Assembly: GCA_054661495.1 (NCBI GenBank)
Contig: BAAFSQ010000088.1
Location: 4,416 to 36,415 of the forward strand
Direction of reading: 5' to 3'
DNA from: Zygophlyctis sp. KS116
Taxonomy: Eukaryota > Fungi > Chytridiomycota
DNA length: 32,000 nt
Under the pieces are notes generated by a model that saw only the letters and a list, made by a program, of their open reading frames with translations, made no database searches and was not told the origin of the DNA. The position numbers and the translations under genes were made by a program. Positions 10,247-19,878 of this stretch are shown piece after piece (the first letter of the stretch is position 1; every line of letters starts with the position of its first letter).

Positions 10247-11778
10247 ATGAGAGGAGCTGCAGTTTTTCTCTTTCTTTTTTTCATTCTTACAGTTAAATCA
10301 GATGTATTTCAGTAAGACAATATTATGTATTAACTCATTACAGAATCAAAACCACCAATCCGGTCATGATAAGATTGGGTGAATATATCAAAGCATTCAA
10401 ATTCAGAAAACTTTCACAACTCAGGGACTCTAAAAGTCCATTAAAACAAGCACAATTTGAGAGACCGCCAGCAATCAGACAACCAATTTCAGATCTACCG
10501 GACAAACACAAATTTCCTCCAGGAAAACCATTTCCAAATGTCAATCCTGTCGCACCCAATGCTGTTCCTCACCAAGTTCCAGAAATTCCAAAAGTTTCTC
10601 GATTCGGCTCTATAGGCAGCAAGGTTGCAAATGTTTTAAAGAAAATTGCTTTTAGAAAGCGACAGATACAGGAACAACAATTCAAAGGCAATGATGCTAA
10701 CCATCTGTTTTCGGTAATATTCTAATTATCCTTAATTTTTCAGTATCTTGGTGAATTTAGTGTCGGAACTCCTGGGAAATCATTGCGTTTGCTAATGGAC
10801 ACAGGAAGCAGTAGAATGTGGGTCAGGGGTCAAGGACAGTGCAATGCAGACTCTGATAAATGTCAAGTGTTTGATCCCGAGTCATCACAAACTGTTCGTC
10901 ATCTTAATGAGGCTGCACCTCGAATTACTTATGGGGATGGTTCTTTTGTCGAAGGACAATGGATAACGGATAAAGTCAGTATAGGCTCATTTACTTCTGA
11001 AAATTTCAAATTTCAACTTGGAACAACTGTTCAGGATCTTGCAGATGAAGATGGAATTCTTGGTCTTGGGTTTTCTGTGACTATGGGGGTACCTACTCTT
11101 TGGGAGAGCTTGATCATGCAGACAATACCCGATTCACCAGTCTTTTCAACTTATATAGATGAGACAGAAACGACCGGTTCATTCATTGTTGGCGGGACTG
11201 ATTTGGCAAGGTATAAGGGTGACATTACATGGAGCAGTGTTTCCAACAACTCTGGAGTATATTGGGCGATTGACTTGAAAGGAATTAATGTTGGTGAAAC
11301 AAGGATAAATAGCGCATCAAACTCAAATTTGAAGACGGTTATTGATACGGGAACTTCTCTAGCAATTTTCCCACAAAATGTAGCAGATGAAATCAGAAAT
11401 ACACTGAATCTACCAAGTTTAGATCTTGGTTCGACTCCAGATACATATGTTGGAATCTCTTGTCCTGATGGACATGTTCCGTCAAACCTCAATCTTCCAT
11501 CGATTAAATTGTCAGTAGATAATCAAGATCTTTTATTTTCACCAAATGAATACCTTTTCGTTTATCCCGACAATGCAGGAAACCTACAATGCGTTTTGGG
11601 AGTTATCGGTTCAGATATGGATCATATTATATTGGGAAATCTATTCCTTAGGAAATATTATTTAGTATTTGATCAATGGTTCAGAAAGATTGGCTTTGCG
11701 GCTCCAAACCGTGCGGTAAATGTTGAAAATAATTTTGTTCCTTCAAACTACCATATCTGGTGGCCAGGCCAAGGCTAA
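10247..11778 (+). CDS. Pepsin-family aspartic protease 6, secreted, long Pro/Lys-rich propeptide
   Basis: ATG10247 MRGAAVFLFLFFILTVKS. Introns 10312-10343 and 10714-10743. RKR site, MDTGSS and IDTGTS motifs, DGILGLGF. Confidence 0.92.
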
Positions 11779-11801
11779 TTGACTAATAAATGCTGATTTA
11801 T

Positions 11802-13344
11802 ATGATATTACTTTTGATTCCTCTTGTCCTTTCTAAGCCTCAGAAATGGGGATTTGCAACTTGTAAGATGATTTAGCCAATGATGACTAGCTGCCATACA
11901 AATCGAAGGAGCATGGAATGAATCTCGCAGCCCATCCGTTTGGGACAATTTTCTTAAAAGTGGAAATCCCAATGCTACAATATTTGGATCGATTGATGTA
12001 ACTGCGGATCATTATCATCGATATGAGTCTGATTTATCAATTTTGAAAACGTTGGGCGCCAACTTGTACAGATTTAGTTTCTCTTGGTCCCGAATTCTTC
12101 CTGATTGTAATGGAACTGTTAATGAAGATGCTATAAACCATTATTCAAAAGTGATTGATGCTATTATTTCAAATGGTGCTGAACCAGTAGGTACCATGCA
12201 TCATTGGGATCTTCCTGCATCTTGCATGAAGAACTATAATGGCTGGGCATCCAATGAGATTGTTTCTGATTTTGTAAATTATGCAGATGTGCTATTATCA
12301 AGATTTTCAGGGAAAATAAAGTATTGGTTGACAATGAATGAACCATCTAATATTTGTATTCTTGGATATGGCTTGGGGAAGTTTGCTCCTAATTTAAATC
12401 TGGGATTAGATGGACAATATAAATGTGGACATAATTCAATTTTAGCTACAGCTTACGTGATTCAATTAGCTAAAAACAAGTATCCAGGAACTGTTATTAG
12501 TTATCCTCTAGTATCTAGTTTTGGTGAACCACTTGATCCCAATAGTCAACAGGGTATATTATATAATTTATTAATTTAAGATATCGATGCAGGAATTAGA
12601 TCCATGGAATTTACTGTCGGCTGGTTTTTAGAACCATTTTTCACTAGAGATTATCCCATGACTATGAGAAATGATGCTCGTGTGGGACCAGTCCTACCTA
12701 TATTTTCTAGTCAAGACAAGGATGCTTTAAGTCTAGGAATAGAATTTCTAGCTATTAATTACTATACTAGTTATTTCATTCATGATTCAAACTCTGAACC
12801 TGGAAATTATGCTGCAACACCATACAGAAATGGGATACCAATAGGACCAATGACTGGAATAGAATGGCAATTTTCTTTTCCTCAAGGTTTAGATAAATTA
12901 CTTGAATGGATTGATTCAAGATATCCTTCAAAGAGTATTTGGATAACAGAATTAGGTTGTGCATCACCTAATGAATCCGAATTACCATTGACTGAAATTC
13001 TTAAAGATGATTTCCGTATAGATTTCTTGAATCAACACTTGAACGTGATTATGAATTCTACTACTTCAGTTTACGCCGTCTTGATATGGTCATTAATAGA
13101 CAATTGGGAATGGCAGTATGGTTATAAACCTCGTTTTGGAGTTGTATCTGTAGATTTTAACAATGGAACCTTGGCTAGAAACATTAAATCCTCTGGATAT
13201 TGGCTCAAAGAATATTTTAAATCTTTTAGCTCATTGAGCCCAGAAAATACTTTTACTCGAGGAAATACCAGTGCTAGAAACCATGCCTCAAATTCCTTCC
13301 CAGTGAAATATTTGATGTTTTTTATGATTATAATATTACTTTAA
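11802..13344 (+). CDS. Glycoside hydrolase family 1 (beta-glucosidase-like), signal peptide plus hydrophobic C-terminus
   Basis: [14 protein letters not shown] is formed across intron 11863-11890. [15 protein letters not shown] acid/base, ITELG nucleophile, DNWEW. Second intron 12554-12580. Alternative in-frame ATG at 11790. Confidence 0.92.
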
Positions 13345-13607
13345 AAGTCTGAAACTCTTCCTTTTCTCTCCCAGTCCCCATATCTAGTTGGCTCAGTCCC
13401 CTTTGGCCCTCCAATCTCTCCAGTCTGTGGATTAGTATTATCTGGAAAATCCGGATACTGATACTCTAATGGTTTGTCTGTAGACTCTTTTTGAAGTAAT
13501 TTTGTAAATTCCTCTTGATCTTTTCTATTTCCTAGAGGAATTGGCTGAGGACCTCTAAAAGGAGTATTTGTATAGAGTCTTTTAGCAAGAATCAATCTCA
13601 AAGACAT
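13341..13607 (-). CDS. SDHAF4: Succinate dehydrogenase assembly factor 4 (Sdh8/DUF1674)
   Basis: C-terminal [30 protein letters not shown] signature and a mitochondrial presequence-like [12 protein letters not shown]. Confidence 0.93.
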   Translation of the reverse strand: MSLRLILAKRLYTNTPFRGPQPIPLGNRKDQEEFTKLLQKESTDKPLEYQYPDFPDNTNPQTGEIGGPKGTEPTRYGDWERKGRVSDF

Positions 13608-13632
13608 TTTTTTCAAGAAAAAAGGATAAAAT

Positions 13633-14178
13633 CTATTCTATAAACCATCTTTTTTGACTATTTTCCTTTTCAACTTGATCATGTTTATAAACTCCCTTGT
13701 ATCTATCCTGTAATTTAAATTTCATTCTATTCCTTCCGACTTTATCCAAATCCAAGGGAAATTCTACAGATAGTAAATCATTAATTTCCATACTAGAACT
13801 TCCAGCCTTTTCCAATTGTAACCTTTTAGTTTCTCTATCTACTAAATATACTGCTTGATCATATGCAATTTTCCTTTCCCATAAAACTCTTTTAATTCTA
13901 GACATTGATCTCTTTAGATCAAATAATCTATTTTTAAAAGGAAAAATAATTCTAAATCTGTTTGCTTCTACTTTTTGAGATTCCAACTTGTTTTGTTCTT
14001 TAATGCAAATCCACCAGAGTTTATGTAAATCATCAAAACTCTTTAATCTTAAATATGCACAAGTCCAAGGTCGTCCTGCTTCACCTTCTTTTTCTCTCCA
14101 GACCCATGCTTGATTAGACTCGAAAAACTCTTCTAGACCTCTAGACCAAGGAGAAATTGAAAAGAATCTTTTAAACAT
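13633..14178 (-). CDS. MRPL47: Mitochondrial ribosomal protein uL29m (MRPL47 / yeast MrpL4)
   Basis: GRPW...[21 protein letters not shown]...[12 protein letters not shown] motif and presequence MFKRFFS. Confidence 0.9.
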   Translation of the reverse strand: MFKRFFSISPWSRGLEEFFESNQAWVWREKEGEAGRPWTCAYLRLKSFDDLHKLWWICIKEQNKLESQKVEANRFRIIFPFKNRLFDLKRSMSRIKRVLWERKIAYDQAVYLVDRETKRLQLEKAGSSSMEINDLLSVEFPLDLDKVGRNRMKFKLQDRYKGVYKHDQVEKENSQKRWFIE

Positions 14179-14283
14179 TTTTGAGTCTAAACCTGCCCAA
14201 AGGACTTGACATTATACTAAACTTTGCTTTTCAGATCAGACCATGAAAATTGATCAAGCGCTTAAATTTGACGCTTTGAAGTA

Positions 14284-15676
14284 ATGATCAAACAGACTCT
14301 CTTGTTCTTGTCTACTGTTTGTTGTTTTGTTGTGTCTAGAAAACAATTGATTTCTATCCCAGTCTACAAACCACCTTCTAAACGATCCTTTGCTTCTTAT
14401 ATCCAACCGATCGATCAAGATGGTAAATACAACAAACTTATACTAGTTGCTTATGAAATTATTGTTAAAGTTGAGGCACAAGATAGTCATGTTTTACATG
14501 TAGTTAATTTACCAACTGAATCGGTTGATTGTAGTGATGGTTCAGTGACTGTTAAAGTCTCAAACAAGAATATATTTTCTTCTTGGCCTATAATGTCACA
14601 AATAATTCTAGTTTTGGATTCAAGTCATAATTGTCCTCATGAAACTCCGATTTACGTATCTACAGAATGGGAAGAGAAGGGCGCTTTTATGACTTTTAAT
14701 ACAGTTTTGGCTAAAGATGCAGGAGTAGATGGTAAAATTAATATAATGGTTCGTCCGTCCTATTTACAAGATTTGGTAGAGGTTTTATTGAAACTAAGAT
14801 TAGTATGCTAATGGAGATTATGATGGTTTTGATGATTATGATGATTCTGATAAGATTGTAAACAGAACAAAAATATATCCTTACAGATTCGATTACGATA
14901 TTAATAGAATTTTTAATATTGGATCATCTGGATCATTTTTGAATTGTGAACCTTGTCATGTTCAAGGAGAACTAGATTTGGTAATGACGGCTGCAGGAAC
15001 AATTCTAAATGATTTTCAAGTAGCTTCTTATGTTGGTGGATCTATAACAGGTTCTTTTAAATTAGAAGCTGGGATTCAAGGGAAAACATCATCAGGTAAA
15101 ACTACATTGTTTAGAATTGAATTGCCTCAAGTTAATCTTCCTGGGATTTTGTATCTTAATCCTTCTTTTTCAGTGTATGGTGTCACTACTGTTGAATCTG
15201 ATCAAGAATTTAATTTTAATGTTGGATTACTGTCACAAGCACGAGATTTTCACCTTACATTAATGTCTTTTGGAAATCATAAAGAATCTAGTGCAACTTT
15301 GGATAATCTTATAAATTTAAGTCAAAAATCTCTAGGAATTTCAATAGTGACTGTTAATTCACCTTTAAATGGTGAAAGTGATTTTGGTGCAACAGTTTCT
15401 ATTCGTCCTGAATTAGAACTTGGATATAAGATTATGGGATATCCAAAATCTAAGGTATGCATTTTATTTCATAATGATTAGTTTTATGTTTCTGTTGATA
15501 GTGGTATTAAAGGAAGTTTCCAATATTTGAGATCTGGAGAAGTTTGTCCGAATCATGTTTCTGGTAGACTAGATGCTCGTAGTGCGATCATGGCAGATGT
15601 TGGATTTAAACAGATTATGAAGGAAAGTAGCTCCTTGAAGCTGATGGAGGGCTGTTTGGCTCGAAATCATCAGTAA
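14284..15676 (+). CDS. Secreted beta-rich protein of unknown function (resembles fungal DUF7029/DUF7223-type proteins)
   Basis: Signal peptide plus KR. Introns 14782-14803 and 15455-15481 join three ORF pieces in frame; possible extra intron 14423-14446. CEPC..G and LPGILYLNPSF segments. The family resemblance is from memory, not from a search. Confidence 0.7.
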
Positions 15677-15723
15677 GATTACTGGTTTTTAGTAGAAAAT
15701 CTAAACTGAAAAACTCTTTGAAA

Positions 15724-15734
15724 TTTTTTCGCGT
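15724..15734. promoter_or_regulatory. SCB/MCB/E2F-like cell-cycle element in the SPC25 promoter
   Basis: TTTTTTCGCGT (reverse ACGCGAAAA) just upstream of the SPC25 ATG. Confidence 0.45.
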
Positions 15735-15742
15735 CTTGTCCA

Positions 15743-16611
15743 ATGTCGTCCATTCTTATGCCAGCAACGCCAGGAAGAAGTAGAATGTCAATGCAAGGGC
15801 ATACAAGCTCTGTTTCAACATTTAATGACTTGAACAGGAAATGTGTTGATTTTACTGCAACGTTTGATTCTTGGGTTGAACGAATTCAGACTTTGAAAAG
15901 ACAACAAACTGCTGAATTCGACAACCAATACAAGGCTGATGTTGGTATGCTTTTGATTACTTAAATAAGCCCAAAAGGAAGAATATACTCGAGAAATCTC
16001 TTTAATCGTTGAGCAGACGGGGGAAGTGGAGGATCGTAAGTATTAAATCTTAATCAAAGAGAGGAAAACGCAATTGAATGAGTTGAATGATTTACGTAAT
16101 ACTATTGCGACACTATCTCAGACTATAAAGATGAAACAGATGGAAGAAGATGAATTAGCTCAACGGCTTCAAGAGTTGCAAGTAAAATATACTGTTAGAA
16201 AAAAGGGTAATTTAATTTTATAATTTGAAAGAATTGGATCAGTCAAAACTGGACAAGAAAAATCAACTCAAGAAAAATCGTCCGGAACTGGAATGCTTTG
16301 AAGAAAAATTGGGATTGAAAATTCATACTATAATTTGTAAGTTCTTGTAATCTAAATTATAAAGCTGATCAAATAAAGTTTATATTCACTCTGATTGATC
16401 CAGAAAACAATGATCGTGAATTTTCTTTTATACTGGATGTAAGCGAAAATAAAGTATACAAGGGTAAATCAAGTCTAATTAAAATCTTTTAGTCAAGGAT
16501 TGTAATCCGGCTGTACCAGATCTTGATGAATTAGTTCAATGGTTAAATATTTCCCGTAATTTCTATCATTTTCTAAAACTAATTCGTCAAAAGTTTACTG
16601 AATTGATATAA
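15743..16611 (+). CDS. SPC25: Kinetochore Ndc80-complex subunit Spc25
   Basis: Coiled coil then FEEKLGLKI..DQIKFIFTLIDPENNDREFSFILDV..CNPAVPDLDELVQWLNISRNFYHFLKLIRQKF. Introns 15945-15969, 16036-16059, 16207-16231, 16337-16364, 16464-16492. Confidence 0.9.
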
Positions 16612-16622
16612 TTTATAAGATT

Positions 16623-17236
16623 TTATTTTGTATATTCTAATTGATCTATTAACCAGTCTATTCCTCCAGAGATTCCATCTCCAGTTAATGCATTTGTGGC
16701 ACTTTTCTTTAGTTTCTAACAATAATCTTACCATATTGTCCAATTTCGATCCTTTATTATTTCTAGCTCAAGGGCATCAGAAATTTCCACTGCATTCATG
16801 CCTTCCATATCCATTTTATTTGCCAAAAACAGTATAGGAATCGATCTATTTTTGATTGCTTTAGTTATGAGAAATCAAATTGATTACCTCGATGTCCGAG
16901 AACCGTGTCCAGTTCATCTTTACACACAGAAATCCTCATCTTGTCCGAAGAGTCTATTACAAATACAATACTATCTGCATCCAGGAAATAATGTTCCCAT
17001 AGATCACGATATCTCCCCTGTCCACTCATATCAAAGGCAGTAAATGATAATTTTGATCTACTAAACTTTTCTACCGTAAATCCTATTGTTGGAACTATTT
17101 CTTCTAATGGTGTCTGATCTATCTTTAGTCTATTTAAAATTGTAGATTTTCCTGAATTATCAAGACCGACAAAGAGAACATTAACTTTTCTTTTTGCAAT
17201 TCCAATCGCAATTAGAAAGTTTGACCAGATCCCCAT
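16623..17236 (-). CDS. ARL6: ADP-ribosylation factor-like GTPase 6 (BBS3)
   Basis: MG myristoylation start, GLDNSGKST, VPTIGF, ARL6-typical FDMSGQGRYRDLWEHY, NKMD. Introns 16859-16887 and 16702-16731. Confidence 0.92.
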
Positions 17237-17379
17237 ATTTTCTGTGCTGATCTATCAAGGAATTTCCAAAAATTCGGACATTTAATTTCCGTTGACTTTT
17301 TAAGGAATATTTCTATTCAAACACATTCAGTATACATCTCAATAATTCCAATTACAAAAATACTGAAAGATCAAAATTA

Positions 17380-18028
17380 CTAATACAAAATAACGACAAA
17401 CAAGAACAGAATCCCAATCAGTAAAGATAACCGTGAAATGAAGCTTCGTGTCTCAGACAATGAATTTGGCTGATTTACATTATTCTGACCATTGAAATTT
17501 CTAGAATTTAATGCTAATTGTAAAAATAACGGAAATATTCCAAATGCACCAAAATGAAAAACAGTTGTTCCAGTGGTAAATTGAAATCCCTGAAACATAT
17601 CATTAAATGTATTATTCCTCCCAGGCGCCTCTGTTCTTTGTCCTTGAGGCCTCTCAGGAATCGTTTCTCTATAATTTATTTTACAGTCAGTTTACCTCGG
17701 ATCAGCATTCTTCCCTTTAGTGTAAATTGGTATTAACTTTTCTTTTTCAATTGCTGATTTACAAACAGGACATGTATTACACAGGGGAGTGTTAGAAATC
17801 ATCCATTGATAAATGCTTCAAATAAAAATGAGAAAATTACCAAGGCCAACAGAACAAATGACCACATAAAGTTATAACTGGCTGACTTGCCATATCTAAG
17901 CAAATATTACATTCAAATAAAACAGGCACTTCCGCCTCATCTTTGGCAGTTGGAGGGGCGGTTGTTGATGTCTGCTGGGTTGGATTATCGTCAGAATTGA
18001 ATCTGTTTCTTGCACCGCCAGATTCCAT
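17380..18028 (-). CDS. RNF5: RNF5/RNF185 (RMA1)-like membrane-anchored RING E3 ligase
   Basis: [53 protein letters not shown] plus C-terminal TM. Introns 17816-17840 and 17669-17695. Confidence 0.88.
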
Positions 18029-18236
18029 GTGGCCCTAAAACACACTTCTACGTTTTGTCCGAAAGGATCTTGCTGCCGCTCAGCTACTTACTACTGCCAT
18101 TAATAAATTTATAAATATAATTTGGTGATTTTCTCTTGTTGAATGTTTACTTATTTTCTTATTGATAAAATTGAAATTCAGGAATAGTGGGACGTACTTC
18201 AAAGATGACCTCATTTAGGATCTAACGAGATCTCAA

Positions 18237-19878
18237 ATGTCATTCACTCAAGACTGTTTAAAAGAATCATTTGAGGCAGAATATGTAGCACTAGCAACAT
18301 CATTGTCTCCTGGCGTAGCTCTAGCAGCTTTAATAAACTCTAACAATTCACCAGCAATCAATAAATACATAAAGGAAATTTCAGTAGCAGATATTCCAAT
18401 GCCTATATCTAAAGATGAGCAGAAAAATATTGACAGGATGATGAATGACTTATCTGTAAGATCAAATACTGAAAAGTCTCAAATGTCCGAACGAAAATAT
18501 ACAGACAAGAGGATGAAAGAAAAGTCTAAAGATGTCACTATTAAGGTTAAAGAAGAGGATCCTGATATAGCTGCAGAAAAAAGGGAGAAGGAAATGCATG
18601 ATAATGTAAATTGGTTGATTTATCATAGAGGGCAATAGCAATTTATGATCTTTTTGAAAGAAAAAGAGTAGCTTATCATGATCAGGGAAGAATAGAAATC
18701 AAGAAACATTTAATACAATCGAAACAAAGGCTGGAGAAATTGGAAAAGAATTTGAAATTGGCTGGTGAAAAAAAGCCCAAAGTAGAGGCAAAGGTATGTA
18801 ATTTTACAAAATAAATAAAAGAAAAAAGTAGAATTACCACTACATCTGCAGGGCGGACTGAACAATAACTTTAAAGTGGATGAATCAATGAAATCTTGTT
18901 GGTATGATCGAGTCGCAGAAAACTATTTATCAAAACGTAGATTACCCAAAAAGGAAAAATTAAAGAATAACTATATAAATCAAGTACCCATTCAACATGA
19001 TCAAATCGTTTCTCGACCTACTTTATCAAAAAAGGAAGAGATTGGTAATGTCCAAAAGGGTCTGTTAGATAATATATTTGGTGCTCCTGTAATGTGCTCA
19101 TTAAATACACAAATAGAAATGAATGATGATACTTCGTACTATTTTACAAAATATGATTATGATTTTCATTCGGTATGATGAATTCATTTATATTTAGGAG
19201 AAATTGAAAAGAAAAAACAAGCTAAAGCAGATTTCCGATCAGATTTCTAGAAATAAAGCTGTGACTTTGGACTCCTTAGTGCACAATGGAATAAATGTGA
19301 TAGCTCCGCCTGTCTCAGAAAAAGTAGAAGAGGAAACTATACTCATTAACATTCCAGACGATGACACATTAGAGGAAACAACAGATGATAAATCACTTCA
19401 AAGGCGACAATCTTTGCTCAGAACTAAAAAGTCATTCAGTGAAAAGGAAGAGAGACTAACTACTAGAAGATCATTCTTATTAAGCAGAAATAATTCAAGA
19501 AGAACTAATGAATCGGATTCAGATGCACGTATCAGTGTTGGAGAGGATGATATAATCAATATATTTTTTCCTCAGTCTCCAAGTAGTCAGAGTAACAACT
19601 TAAGTGTCATTTTTAAAGGAAAATCGCCAAGGAAAATTGATGAGAAGGATGCAATTAAATTGCCTGATTTTGCAATCAGTGAAAATACAGGATCAGAATT
19701 GCATACCAATATTTCTAAAGCAGCAGATAATCAAGTAACAAAAGTGGTCGAAAAGTCAAAAGTTAAAAAAGTACCAGAACCGCTTACATGGAATGAAATG
19801 GTTGAAATGGACAGTCAGAAAATAGTGGCACCTGAAAAAGTTCCCCTAATGAAATGGTATAATCCAAAATTCAATTAA
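18237..19878 (+). CDS. Hypothetical hydrophilic, Lys/Glu/Ser-rich protein
   Basis: Four exons joined in frame by introns 18606-18628, 18794-18821, 19173-19197. No recognised domain. Confidence 0.65.

Noticed and set aside
3603-11492. Minus-strand ORFs inside the protease genes (3603, 7577, 10338, 11151), which resemble each other
   Set aside because: The similarity only mirrors the paralogous sense-strand proteases.
18264-18302. SFEAEYVALATS resembling the copia RNase H STxEAEYVAL motif
   Set aside because: No other RNase H or RT motifs follow; probably coincidental.
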